From Octopus sinensis (lineage: Eukaryota): a stretch of 64,000 bases of DNA. Location of the stretch: positions 3,162,001 to 3,226,000 of the forward strand of contig NC_043006.1 in assembly GCF_006345805.1 (NCBI RefSeq), in the 5' to 3' direction. Position numbers and translations under genes: made by a program. Under the pieces are notes generated by a model. The model worked only from the letters and a program-made list of their open reading frames with translations, did not search any database and was not told the DNA's origin. Numbering within the stretch: position 1 is the first letter of the stretch; every line of letters begins with the position of its first letter. Shown here piece after piece: positions 12,437 to 26,052 of this stretch.

Positions 12437-12658
12437 AAGTAATCCCTCGCCACATCGCGGTTCACCTATCGCAGTTTATTATTTAAGCTTACATCGATTC
12501 TTCCGTTGTGTTGTTTTGCATTTATAATAAAATAAATATATAGAAATTATAAAAATGATTAAAAAAATATACAATACAGTACTGTTTCTACTTCACAGAT
12601 TTTTACCTATCGTGGGTGTTTTTGGAATGTAACACCCGCAATAGTCGAGGGATTACTG
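12437..12658. mobile_element. Tigger/pogo-like MITE
   Basis: TIRs AAGTAATCCCTCG / CGAGGGATTACTG (12/13 match), TA on both sides. Confidence 0.8.
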
Positions 12659-12774
12659 TACTGGAATTATATTTTTGCCAGTCGACCTCTTCAGATTGAT
12701 AAAGAACATTCTGCTTCGATAGTGGTGTGATCTTGGGTTTTATCGAACTGGACGGTTAAAAGTAACTATATTAG

Positions 12775-13205
12775 TTTTAAAATTTGGAACAAGGCCAGCA
12801 ACAAGGCCATGTGGGGTTAAGTCGATTACATCAACCCCATAACTCAATCCATATTTATTGTATCGACCCCGAAAAGATCAAAGGTAAAGTCGATCTCGGC
12901 GGAATTTGAACTCAGAACGTAAAGACGCAGTAAATGCCGCTATGCATTTTGTCTGGTCTGCTTACAATTCTGCCAATTCCTTACTATATTGATTTAAAAT
13001 TTTGCCATAAGGCCAGCAATTTCAGGAAGTGAGGATAAGTCGATTATACCGTCCCCAGTATTCAACTGGTACTTATTTTATCCACCCCGAAAAGATGAAA
13101 GGTAAAGTCGACCTCAGTGGAATTTGAACTCACAAAGTAAAGACGGATGAAATGCTGCTAAGCATTTTTCTCGAGGTGCTTACGATCTTGATAGCTCGCC
13201 GCCTT
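12775..13205 (-). mobile_element. Two tandem ATT-tailed SINE copies
   Basis: Repeated AAAGTCGA(T/C)CTC...GGAATTTGAACTCA units. Confidence 0.75.
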
Positions 13206-13362
13206 TAAAAAATCGCTCTCTTAATAACTATTTACATGTATCCAGCTAGAAAAATTGAAACTGCAGTGAAAAAATAATCACGCCAAGAGAGATTTGGAAA
13301 AGTAAAGTCAACCATTTGTGGTAAAAAAAAATTAACGAAAAACAAAAAACGAAAAAATACTA

Positions 13363-13554
13363 CGAGGGTGACTGAAACGTTCCTGAGTTTGGGTAATTAT
13401 TGATTTTATTCAACATATTCCTCTCTTAGATTCACACACTTACCGCTAACGCCCGTCAGTTTTTCTAAGCCCTGTAAAAGAGCTCGGAAGGTTGAACCTC
13501 CAATTAGGCCTTTCGCAAAGCCCTTAAAGCCAGGAGCTTTTCAGCGCCTCATTG
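13363..13554. mobile_element. Mariner-like MITE
   Basis: TA-CGAGGGTGACTGAAACGTTCCTG ... CCAGGAGCTTTTCAGCGCCTCATTG-TA imperfect TIRs with TA flanks. Confidence 0.7.
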
Positions 13555-14618
13555 TAGAAGAGATGGAACAACGAAATGGTCGATGGCCACTGAACCCTTA
13601 AGACAGCGAGATGAATCAGGGGAGATCATTTTGTGATCACTTCCGGTTTAAAAGGACTCATAACGAACCAATATAGGACAAGCATTAAGGTGGACATTGC
13701 CGTATTGCTACCACGAACGTGGTCGACACTAACATACCACTCCTACCAAAACAAAGAGTGCGGAAACCAATGCTTGCTGAACATTATCAGAAGGTACAAA
13801 TGGAAATCGCCATATATTACCAAATCTACAGAGAAATGTCGGCAATCCGTATCCATTTCTAAACACACACGCATGCGCGCGCATTGGATATTTACTATGA
13901 TGGAAAGAAAAATGAGTTGCTTCTATGGCGTTTATGAAAATGTTAACGAAATTAGCAGGTGTAAATGATATGAACTTTTTCACCTGCCAACAAAAGACGA
14001 TTTGGAATTGTACTAACAAAAATATATGAACACGAGCGAATATGAGAATGGTGTTAGTGTGTGCAGTTCTAAAGCGAAACATTTTGAAGATGGTAACAAT
14101 CTTGAAGTGGAAATAGTTAAAGACTTAAAACTAACAGATCTTCCAATGAAATAATGAAAATCATCATTGAAAGACAGAATCTGGTCATCGATACCATTCC
14201 CAAGACACGTGCGAAGATCAATAAACATAGGCATAGCTGTGTGGTTAAGAAGCTCGTCTTGCAACAATGTGATTCGGGGTTCACTCCCAACGCGTGGCAC
14301 ATTCGGCAAATGTTTTCTACTATATTCTGGGGATGACCAATTCCTTCTTACCTTGTGAATGAATTTGGCACACAGAAACTGCGAGGATGCTCATTATATA
14401 TATATACATACATATATATATATATTATATATATATATATATAATATATATATATATATATACATACACACATGTATGTATGTGTGTGTGTTTTTCCTCG
14501 CCCTCACTACTTGATAACTGCTGTTAGTTTGTTTACATCCCCGTAAATTGACGGTTCAGCAAAAAGGTAGATAGGAATACATATCAGACTTTAAAATACG
14601 TACTTGGGCAAATTTTTT

Positions 14619-14851
14619 CAGTGGTTCTCAGTCATTTTATTTTTTACCCATGGGCTCCTTCGATTCCAATTTTACTCAGGGGGTCCCTCCTCGCCTTCCG
14701 ATGTCTAAAAATTCCCATTGAATTTTTATAATCAAATATTATCAGAAATTGTATAACAATAATATAATATTTTGTGAAGTATAAACGATTATAACAACAA
14801 AATCTTATATGAACCCCTGATGGTCATCTGGACACCGCTTGAGAACAACTA
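14619..14851. mobile_element. hAT-Charlie-like MITE (degenerate)
   Basis: CAGTGGTTCTCA ... TTGAGAACAACTA termini; no matching TSD. Confidence 0.5.
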
Positions 14852-15188
14852 GGCTAAGCCACTGCCCCAGCATGGCCGAGGTTCAATGACACAAACACAT
14901 AAAGGATAATCTCTGTAGTTGCCATAGTAATCATAAAAGAAAATCGTTATTTTCTCAAAATTTCTAGTATAAGAACATTTGAAATGAAGAAGGCAAACGT
15001 GGCAAAATAACAGAAAGACAAAAGAAAAACAAAATGGCGAACAAATGCAGAAAATCAAAGACTAACCGAGCATTAATAATCTTTTATTGATAAGTCTTTA
15101 CACAGACAGACAGACAGACACACATACACGCACACACGCACGCACACACCAACACAAAAACACGCACACAAACACGACCGCATACACA

Positions 15189-15265
<77 letters not shown>

Positions 15266-16039
15266 AACACGACCGCATACGCACGCTAACACACACACAC
15301 CACTTGTGTGCGTGATCTTGCTTTTGTATTTGTCCACCTGACCCCATTTCTTTTTGGCTTACGTTCCTTTGACTTAGCTCTTCTGCAAAAGAGACCGACA
15401 GAATAAGTAGCATGCATGAAAAATAGACTTAAAAAATAAATACTGAGGTCATTCGATTTGTTTGACTAAACCTTTTCTTCAAGGAGGTGCCCCAGCATGG
15501 CCACAGTCCGATGACTGAAACAAGTAAAGGATAAAAGGTAATACACATAAGTACGAAAAAAAAAAGAATATCTCAGGTATTGATTGATTCAAATGGATGG
15601 GAATGGTATTCTACCAGTATCTTTTGACGAATTGCTAAGTCACAAGAGCGTAAACAAACTAGTACCTATTCTCAATAAGAGAAGTAAAACCAAACGAAGT
15701 ATTCAAGATACTATACAACATACACAACTGTGAAGGGTTTCTAAAATTCTCTTTTATATTCTTTTGGCTTCTTGGAGACCAACGAAACAGTGAACAACTA
15801 AGCCGAAATCCTTAATCTCAGATATCTAACGGGTTCCTATCAAGTATTTGCATAAATAATCAACGATCTACTTGAAAGACCCGAGAACCAATACCAAAAT
15901 GCTTTAACGAGGGGGGTAAACATCTGAATTCTTCCAAAATTGATAACATTAAACCTAAAAAAATCTACAAATCCAAAATCGCTCTGTCTAGACTATACAA
16001 GGCCTTAAAATCATTATCATTACATATGATAAGTGCTCA

Positions 16040-16247
16040 CTTCATTTATACATGCATACATACACACACACGCATACATACACACACGCATACATACATA
16101 TATACATACGTACATACATACATGCATACATACGTACATACATACATGCATACATACGTACATACATACATACATACATACATACATACATACATACATA
16201 CATACATACATACATACATACATACATACATACATACATACGTACAT
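16040..16247. repeat. (TACA)n microsatellite
   Basis: Directly visible. Confidence 0.95.
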
Positions 16248-16429
16248 AGCGTGAAGCATTGAAGCTGTGTTGTAAAGGGATAAATGAATATGAATGTAAA
16301 TATCAGTTATTGATCAGCAAAACAATAAGAAAGTTCCATGAAAGACATAAACCAGACTGAATACGGATGAAAATCGATCTCCTCGTAAATAGATGAACTC
16401 CAGTTATAATGTTTGTAATGAAAATCGAT

Positions 16430-16790
16430 TTCAAATACAATTTTATAGAGTTAGTAAAGAATGAAAGAATTACCCGGTGAACAACACAGACAAATGAAAT
16501 AAGAATTTTAAAGAGGAATATTATAAATGAATTAAATTAAATTTTTGAACTGAACTAAATGTAAAAAATATGTTAATAGTTATCAAAACGCGAGCTGTTC
16601 CAGTTATAATTTATAGTTAAAATATGAATATTTTTCAGTGAAGACCTAAGTAAAAGCAATAGAGGAAAACAAAAGAAAAATTTAGAGTATACACTACCCA
16701 AAAGCCAATACCGACAGACTATGTTTACCAGGAACACAGGAAAGGGAGGTTTTCTTCAACTAAAAGAAATATATAATATTTATTGTAGGA
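16430..16790 (+). mobile_element. Old R4/Dong-like RT-region fragment
   Basis: Degenerate TELNVKNMLIVIKTRAVPVIIYS and HYPKANTDRL..PGTQE segments match the RT C-terminal region of the younger copies. Confidence 0.55.
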
Positions 16791-16816
16791 CTATAAAAAT
16801 GTTGTGCCCTCTAGCA

Positions 16817-17112
16817 CAGTGCTTTTCAGACTATCTGATGTGGCGTATCGGCAATTTTTTTCCCAATGTTCCAGGGACAGGTAATGTTTCTTAGTATTAT
16901 TAATCTATACCAGAAACAATATATATAATGAATAAAATAAAAGTTGACAATTTAAAAAAATATTTATTTTGTAAACAAATAATAGAATATTACATAAGCA
17001 TTCTATTAGCATCTTAAAATGTTTCTTTCTTTCCTGGAAACTCTCCGCGTACCGGCAGCGGTTGGCTCGCAGACCGGTTTCGGTCCGTGGACCACCACTT
17101 TAAGTAGCACTG
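16817..17112. mobile_element. hAT (Charlie/Buster-type) MITE with perfect 8-bp TSD
   Basis: TIRs CAGTGCTTTTCAGACT / ACTTTAAGTAGCACTG; identical CTCTAGCA at 16809-16816 and 17113-17120. Confidence 0.9.
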
Positions 17113-17995
17113 CTCTAGCAGACAGTTAATACAAGGGAGATAATCATTTCTTCGTCATGTTTGGTGTGATTACAAGTTTGAATTTGAAATTAAGGAATTA
17201 AAAAAAGGATGCGTAGGATGCTTAAAATTTCTAGTCTTTGGGGATCCCTGTATAGCACTCTTTCATTCTTTTTAGAAATCCTCGGTATGAAATAACCCCG
17301 AGTATATAAATTAAACATTTTATGAGGTGAGACACTTTTTACAAAGCGAAAATAAGTGGGGAATGCTTACAACAAGAATATCGAACAAAAAATAAAATAA
17401 AAATACTACAAATAGTAATATAATCACCTTGAAAGTAAAAAAAAAAATAAAAACCATAAAATTCTGCTTTATATTTGTTGGCTTCAAGGGGACCAGCAAT
17501 ATAAAAGAAACTGAGGTAAGAAATAACCAAGAAGTGATAAAACATGAAAAATTAAGAAAACTGGATTACAAAATATTATAGTTGAGATGATACGCAAAAG
17601 GCAACATGTAAAGAAATATTCACCACACTATGCAAAGCCTAAACGGAAAAAGACATGGAAAGAAAAGGGTCCTATCTAGCAAGTGGAGAACTCATTGTTA
17701 TTTGATCGCTGCGCAGGACCAAAACTTTCCCATTTGATTCTTAATAATAATAATAAACCGTTCTGCTATTGGTACAAAGCTTGCATTTTGTTGGGAAGCG
17801 GGCGAGTGGAACACGTCGACCCCGGTGCTCAAATGGTAATTATTTCATCGACCCCCGAAGTGATGAAAGACACAGTCGACCTGGGCGGAATTTGAACTCA
17901 GAACGTGATGATGATGATGAAATCCGCGGAAATTATCTTTTTCATCCATCACTTCGAGGTCGAAAAATATTTCATCTGTCTTACATAGGAGTCGA

Positions 17996-18032
<37 letters not shown>

Positions 18033-18111
18033 ATCTCTGTCTGTCTGTCTCTCATTCTCTCTTTACCTGTCTATCCGTGTTTTTCTGAAATAAATCGTTT
18101 GTGATCAGACT

Positions 18112-18150
<39 letters not shown>

Positions 18151-18429
18151 GAAGAGAGAGAAAGAAAGAGAGAGTGAGAAAGAGAGGGAGGGAGAGAGAG
18201 AGATAGACTATCACAGATTTAAAAAAGACTTAAGACACGCCGCACTATCTCCGTCAATTAGTCGAGAAGTGAAGGCAATAAACAGCACACAGGAGACGAC
18301 ATTTTAGTATTAGGAAAAAAATGCAACAAAAACAAAAAACAATGCAAAAAACATTAAAAAAACAAGCAAAAGGAAAAATTAAAAAAAAAAACGCATAAAA
18401 GTGTGGGTATAAATATACAACACGAGCGA

Positions 18430-18600
18430 TGACTGAAAATGACAAAGAAAGCGTATTTTGGGATATGCCAATTTGTACAGACGGGAACATTAAGGCAATT
18501 CGTTTCGACATTGTTACTAAAGACGACCATAAAAAGAAATATCAGCGAACTGATAGCAATGTACGTAGTTGAAAGAAATGGAGAGAGCATCTGAATATAA
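18430..18600 (+). mobile_element. Old R4/Dong-like RLE fragment
   Basis: TENDKESVFWDMPICTDGNIKAIRFDIV resembles TENEKATILWDMPIHTDREIKANRPDIV. Confidence 0.6.
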
Positions 18601-18930
18601 AGATCAGGAAACAGAGAGTTGCATCTATTGCAGTTGCATATCGTATCGATATTGTATGTTTTTGCAAAACGTATAATCTCTATAATAATAAGTGCCTGGA
18701 GAATGATAAAATGAAATAAGAAAAAGAAGCAGACAAATAGATAGGTAGAATACTAGGACTTATGATTGCAACACAGAGGGTTATTAGGCATTGTGTACAA
18801 TATTTTTCACTAGATTATGAAACGCAACAGACATTGCACATACACAAGGTGAACCGAATGTACGTTTGCATGGTAGGTAGTAATGAAGTAACACTACTGA
18901 AATAATAATAATAATAATAATAATAGTAAC

Positions 18931-18972
<42 letters not shown>

Positions 18973-18981
18973 TAATAATAA

Positions 18982-19740
18982 TGTGATGAAAAATGGAGCA
19001 GACCCAAAATGCCGATTCTGCCACGACATGATTGAAACAGTGGACCACCTAATCTCTGGATGTAAAGTCTTAGCACCAGTGGAGTATAAATTAAGACATG
19101 ACAGAGTTGGCCAATATCTACATTGGCTAATAAGTCGGCATTACAATATCAAAACTGCCGACAAGTGGTATAATCACCACCCTGAGGCTGTAACTGAAGG
19201 AGAAAATGTAACCATTCTGTGGGACTTTCCAGTACATACAGACCGAACCATCAAGGCCAATAAACCAGATATTGTTGTGAAAGACCAAAACAATAAAGTT
19301 GCTTATTGATCGACATGAGCATCCCCTGTGATCATAATATCTCAGCGAAAGAGTTTGACAAGCTCAAAAAATATAAAGACCTACTCATTGAAATTGAGAA
19401 AATGTGGCATCTCAAGGCGGTTACAATACCAGTGATCGTAGGAGCACTAGGAATGATCAAGAAGGGAAGCGAAAATTATATGAGAATGATCCCTGGCTTA
19501 CCATCCCTGCAAGAAGTGCAAAAGATTGTCTTAACTGGTACATCACACGTATTGAGAAGAGCATTGTCGATGTGAGAACTGTTGCTGCTCATGTATTTTA
19601 ATTTAACTTTAAAAAAAAAAAAAAAAAATGAACGAACTACTGAGTTTGGTTTAATGGCCTACCAATATACACTATGAGTTTCTTTGCCCTAGGAGTCGGG
19701 AAGACACTCGGCAAGAAATGGAAGAAAATTTGAAAGAAGA
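18982..19740 (+). mobile_element. R4/Dong-like LINE 3' fragment, family C
   Basis: CRFCHDMIETVDHLISGC, RHD, LWD, NKPDI, IDMSIP, KLKKYKDL, IPVIVGALG; (AAT)n both sides. Confidence 0.92.
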
Positions 19741-19750
19741 AAAAAAAATA

Positions 19751-19815
<65 letters not shown>

Positions 19816-19832
19816 TAATATTATTATTATTA

Positions 19833-20186
19833 TAAGAAACCTCCAGTGCTCAAAAATGATCACATCTCACTCCTCTGGAACTTCACCATTCAAACCGACA
19901 GAAAGATAGATGCGAATAGGCCAGACATCATATTGAAAGACTTCAGACAAAAATCATGCCTCCTCATTGAAATGACTGTCGCAATCGATATAAACGTATC
20001 TGTCAACTCCTACCAAAAACTGAGCAAATATAAAGATCTTGAAATAGAAATTAGCAAAATGTGGAACCTGAAGACTAAAACAATACCTGTTGCCGTAGGT
20101 GCCCTGGGAATTATAGCGAAAGGGGCTGATTGCTACATAGTTCAGATACCAGGAAATCCCAAAATGGCAGAAATTCAAAAGATAGT
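19833..20186 (+). mobile_element. R4/Dong-like RLE fragment, family D, fused to the 550-bp element
   Basis: Aligns with 26440-26778 then switches sequence at GATAGT|TGGG. Confidence 0.88.
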
Positions 20187-20631
20187 TGGGAGACAGCAGA
20201 TATTCTGCTCACTACCACAGATTTGTTTGTCAGTTGTTTGACCTTAACCAGTTGAGCATGTCCCTTAGTGCATCTCTGATCACGAAAAGAAGTAGTGGAA
20301 GAGCATCATAGCCATGTGTTGAGAGGAATTCTTTGGGGTTTGAATAATTCACCTTTGGAAACATGAGTGTGTCGTTCAACATCTTTAAGTAACCCTTATT
20401 CAGGGACCTTTTGAGCGGGATGGGCTACTCGACCTGAAGAAAATTCCAACTGGGCCCACCTGCAAGGTCATGCGCCGTTTATCTTGATATGAGATCATCA
20501 TGTCGCGCACATATGGTTGTGATGCACGTGCTTGGTGTACCCTTATCAGACGGGTAGTCGTGATGGGTATATTGGGCTTCGTATATTTGTACCCCAGTGT
20601 CACAAAGATGGTGTACACTGCTCTCTCACTC
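20187..20631 (+). mobile_element. ~550-bp element (5'-truncated)
   Basis: Ends CTCTCTCACTC-(AAT)n. Confidence 0.85.
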
Positions 20632-20695
<64 letters not shown>

Positions 20696-20698
<3 letters not shown>

Positions 20699-21120
20699 TA
20701 AGGCCAACAGACCAGATATAGTTGTTAGAGACCATGAAGAAAAAAATGCTTTCTAATTGATGTATCAATACCGGCTGATGACAACGTGTCTCTAAAAGAA
20801 ATGGAGAAACTCTCAAAATACAAAGACCTGGAAATAGAGGTAACTAGAATGTGGAATCTGAAAACAGAAACAATTCCTATCATAGTAGGTGCATTAGGCA
20901 TGATAAAAAAAATATTCAGACAATACATAACAAAAACCCAGGACTTACAAACACATATAACATACAGAAAATTGCACTACTAGGCACTGCACACATCCTA
21001 CGCAGAACACTTTCCATACAATAACCATCAGAGCATCACAACAAATCACAGCACATACCCAAGGCACACAGAGCTGCGCTCGGTAGTGAAGTGAAAGCAT
21101 GCTATAAAAATAAAACTAAT
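20696..21120 (+). mobile_element. R4/Dong-like LINE 3' fragment, family A
   Basis: Near-identical to 9980-10410. Confidence 0.9.
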
Positions 21121-21121
21121 G

Positions 21122-21194
<73 letters not shown>

Positions 21195-21197
21195 GAA

Positions 21198-21228
<31 letters not shown>

Positions 21229-21639
21229 AAGAAGAAGAAGAAGAAGAAGAAGAAGAAAAAGGAAAAGAAGAAGACGAACAGCAACAACAGCAACAACAAC
21301 AACAATAAAAACAACAACAACAATAATAATAATGATAATATTTTTACTGGCTACAAAGGCCCGAGGCATGGAAGATAATATAAATGGTGGGGTTTACAAT
21401 GATCAAAGTTAGACATTACAATATTAAAGGGTATAAGAAAGGGAATGACTGTGAGAATGAGTGAGGGTAAAAGAATGAAACCACAGTATATGACTGGTAC
21501 TCAACTTATTGCCTCCAAATGCATGGAAGGCAAAGTAGTTGACTTACACACACATACGTTCGCGTACGCACATATATGCACACACATAATATTTGTATGT
21601 ACATACATGCATACATACATACGCACACACATATATATA

Positions 21640-22007
21640 CATATATGCATATATATATATATATATACATGCATACACACATATGTGTGTGTATGAATGG
21701 TTATTATATACATCTATATATATATATATATATATATACATACACATATACGCTCATATATATTTATATATATATATATGCGTATATATATGTATCTGTA
21801 TTTGTGTGCATATTTATATGTATACACACACACACCCATATATATAAAAACATATTCTTTTCCTTTTTTCTGTTTTTCTTATATGTATATATATGTATAT
21901 AATAGATATATAAATGCATATACATGTATAGCTATTTATATATGCATATATATATATATATACATGCATACACACATATGTGTGTGTATGAATGGTTATT
22001 ATATACA

Positions 22008-22042
<35 letters not shown>

Positions 22043-22247
22043 CACATATACGCTCATATATTTATATATATATATATGCGTATATATATGTATCTGTATT
22101 TGTGTGCATATTTATATGTATACACACACACACCCATATATATAGAAACATATTCTTTTCCTTTTTTCTGTTTTTCTTATATGTATATATATGTATATAT
22201 ATAGATATATAAATGCATATACATGTATAGCTATTTATATGCATATG

Positions 22248-22260
<13 letters not shown>
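21640..22260. repeat. ~297-bp tandem duplication of a TA/CA-rich unit
   Basis: TACATGCATACACACATATG at 21666 and 21961; CATATTCTTTTCC at 21851 and 22150. Confidence 0.85.
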
Positions 22261-22307
<47 letters not shown>

Positions 22308-23111
22308 ACACACACAAAATGATAAAGACACACAAACACATATGCGTGTATGCATATTCATATACATATATACATATACATGTATGGATGTATACACATA
22401 CACGCACACTCGCATATATATTTACATGTATATATATATGTACATGGATGCGCACACACACACACACACTCTCACACACACACACACACAGAAACTTACA
22501 AACAGACACGGAGACAAAGTAACGAAAGAAAAAGTTGTTGAAAGTGACAATAAGAAATGTGAATGCTATTATTGTAGGGGGGAACCATTACCGGAAGGCA
22601 GGAAGCGCTTGTCCATTGTAAACGAGAAGAATAAAGTCTTAAAGCCCCAGCCATACATCCGTACGATATTGAAAAGTCAGTCGGCTGATGTCTTTCTTGT
22701 CATTGAAGTGAGAAAAGTGTTTACCGAGAAATAAAAACAGTTATTAATTAAGATGAAATTGACCGTTTAGAGGTATCTTCTATGAATATCACAGCCAGCC
22801 AGTTAGAATGAAAGATAAGTAGCCAAGTATAGAGATAGACGGTTAAGTAGGTAGATAGGCTTGTAGGTAGGTTAATAAGGAGCTATGTATGTAGCGTAGG
22901 TAAGTAGATCGATGGGTTGGTCGGTGTGACGTATCACGGGGCACCTGACAATGAAGAGCGGCGGTGTTAGAAGAAAGACAAAACCAAAATGACGACAAAC
23001 AAAAAAGCACGTGACGATTTGGCTTCAATTCTATTTCCCTCTATCCATTGCAATACACTGCAACCCTCCCAAACCGCGCAACATCACAGTATACGCATTA
23101 ATTAGGTGAAA

Positions 23112-23125
23112 TGATAATAATAATG

Positions 23126-23179
<54 letters not shown>

Positions 23180-23297
23180 TAATAATAATAATAATAATAA
23201 AAAGATAATAATAATAATGATAATAATAATAATGATAATAATAATGATAATGATAATAATAAAGATAATAATAATTATAATGATAATAATAATGATG

Positions 23298-23336
<39 letters not shown>

Positions 23337-23467
23337 TTAATAATAATAATAATAATAATAATAAAATAATAATAATAATGATATAATAATAATAATGATA
23401 ATAATAATGATAATGATAATAATAATAATAAAAGATAATAATAATTATAATGATAATAATAATGATG

Positions 23468-23543
<76 letters not shown>

Positions 23544-23578
23544 TAATAATAATAACAATAATAATAATAATAATAATG

Positions 23579-23663
<85 letters not shown>

Positions 23664-23678
23664 AATATAATAATAATA

Positions 23679-23709
<31 letters not shown>

Positions 23710-23731
23710 AATAATAAATAATAATATAATA

Positions 23732-23793
<62 letters not shown>

Positions 23794-23800
23794 TAATAAT
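23112..23800. repeat. ~690-bp (AAT)n/(GAT) array with ~170-bp higher-order repeat
   Basis: AAAGATAATAATAATTATAATGAT motif at ~23261 and ~23431. Confidence 0.9.
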
Positions 23801-24000
23801 AAATCCTACTAAAGGCATAAAGCTTGAAATTTTAGGCGAGGGGTCGGTCGATTATATCGAGCTCAATGCTCAAATGGTACATATTTTACCGACTCCGAAA
23901 GGATAAAGGGCAAAGTCGCCCACGGTGGAATTTGAATTCAGAACATAAAGAGCAAAAAAAAAAAACATAGAAAGAAACAAACGCTAACGACTCGGCGCTC
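23800..24000 (-). mobile_element. ATT-tailed SINE
   Basis: Reverse complement of the 1997-2690 unit. Confidence 0.7.
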
Positions 24001-24061
24001 CGTTATAATCATATTCATTTCTGTTAAAGGCACAGCGGCTGAGATTTTGATGGGAAGCGAC

Positions 24062-25856
24062 TAGTTGCTCAATGACGCACAGTACGGGTATAAAATGTTG
24101 GATAAAAATATAAATCATCTCATTTACATGGATGATTTAGAGCTCTTTGCAAAAAATGATCAACAACTCAAGGGCTTACTAGCGATAGTCAAACAATTCA
24201 GCGATGACATCAGAATGCAATTTGGCCTCGATAAATGTGCAAAAGCTACTTTTATCAAAGGAAAAATGATAGAAACATCTAACGTTTACCTCGACCAGTA
24301 GAATGGCATAAAAGAGTTAGACCCAGCAGAGAGCTACAAGTACATAGGGGTAGTTGAAGGGGACGGAATAAGGCATTCAATGATGAAGGAAAGGATCAGG
24401 AAAGAATGTTATCGCAGAGTAAGAGCAATACTCAAGACAGAGCTGAATGCGAGAAACAGGATCGAAGCGATCAATGCATTAGCCATACAAGTCATGACTT
24501 ACAGTTTCAATATCGTTAACTGGTCAATTACTGAAATATGTAATCTTGACAGCAAAATACGAATACTGTCGACAATGCATAGAATGCACCACCCTAAGGC
24601 AGATATAGATCGACTTTATCTACCAAGAAAAGAGGGAGGCCGTGGGGTTTGCAACTGGCAATAACAATGAAGGTTGCTACAATTGGCATAGACACCTACC
24701 TGAAAAAGTCTGAGGACTGGATGTTAAAACTTGTCTCAAAACATGAAAACAAGAAGGCATCATACTCAGTAACAAAACAAGCAAAGGAATATCTAAGTGA
24801 ATTCCGAATACAACAAATTTCGGAATTAGACACACAAGAAACAAGCACAGAAAAAGCTAAGCGCATGAAAACCCGCGCTAAAACTGCGGCCTTAGATATT
24901 CTGAATAATAAATGGCAAGAAAAACCTCTCAATGGCAAATACTCAAAGAGAGTGAATAATGCAGATGTTGACAAAGCCCTGACCCATAAATGGCTAATGG
25001 CCTCTGGCTTAAAATCTGAAACAGAAGGGTTTATCATTACAGCTCAAAATCAATGCATACCTACAAGAAACTACCAGGCCAACATATTAAAGATCAGGAG
25101 CAGTCCAACGTGTCGTGTATGTCAACAACAAAGTGAAACCATTGATCATATTGTCTCCAAGTGCAGTCTTCTTGCGCCTACAGAGTATCTCAACAGGCAT
25201 GATAGAGCTGCATAATATATTCACTGGGTAATTTGCAGAAGCCTGGACTTGCCCCATGATAAAAAACTGGTGGGAACACAAACCACCTCCAGTGCTTGAA
25301 AATGACCACATCTCACTCCTCCTGAACTTCACCATTCAAACTGACAGAAAGATAGATGCGAATAGGCCAGACATCATAGTAAAAGTCTTCAGACAAAAAA
25401 CATGCCTCCTCATTGATATGACTGTCCCAATCGATATAAACATATTTGTCAAGACCTACCAAAAACTGAGCAAATATAAAGATCTGGAAATAGAAATTAG
25501 CAAAATGTGGAAGCTGAAGACTAAAACAATACCTGTTGTCATAGGTGCCCTGGGAATGATAGCAAAAGGGGCTGATAGCTACCTAACTCAGATACGAGGA
25601 AACCCCAAAATGGCAGAAATTCAAAAGCTAGTGCTCATGGGAACTGCTCATATCCTACGCAAAATACTTTCTATGTAATCTCAAGTTTTAAAACAAACAT
25701 AATTTTTTAGGCATTCACTAGTACAACACTAAGTACAAAACCAAATATACCGCACCCTAGGCATAACACCAACATGAACTTCCAACTTGTTGTCTCTTGA
25801 GGTCTCTGGGTGAGACTTGGAGCCAGCTTGTGCAAATGTAAAGCAAAAGTCAAACA
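24062..25856 (+). mobile_element. 5'-truncated R4/Dong-like retrotransposon, family D (RT C-half + CCHC + RLE, disrupted)
   Basis: HLIYMDDLEL, QFGLDKC, HHPKADIDRLYLPRKEGGRG, CRVCQQQSETIDHIVSKC, RHD, NRPDI, LIDMTVP, KLSKYKDLEIE; AAT tail. Confidence 0.93.
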
Positions 25857-25857
25857 T

Positions 25858-25918
<61 letters not shown>

Positions 25919-25944
25919 CAACAATAATAATAATGATAATAATG

Positions 25945-26032
<88 letters not shown>

Positions 26033-26052
26033 TAATAATAATAATAATAATA

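Noticed and set aside
13633-14360. Protein-coding exons in the non-repetitive stretch
   Set aside because: Short overlapping ORFs on both strands with no recognisable motif or splice support
22560-22740. Kinase-like NIVRMYG on the minus strand
   Set aside because: In-frame stop immediately upstream, no acceptor site, no other kinase motifs
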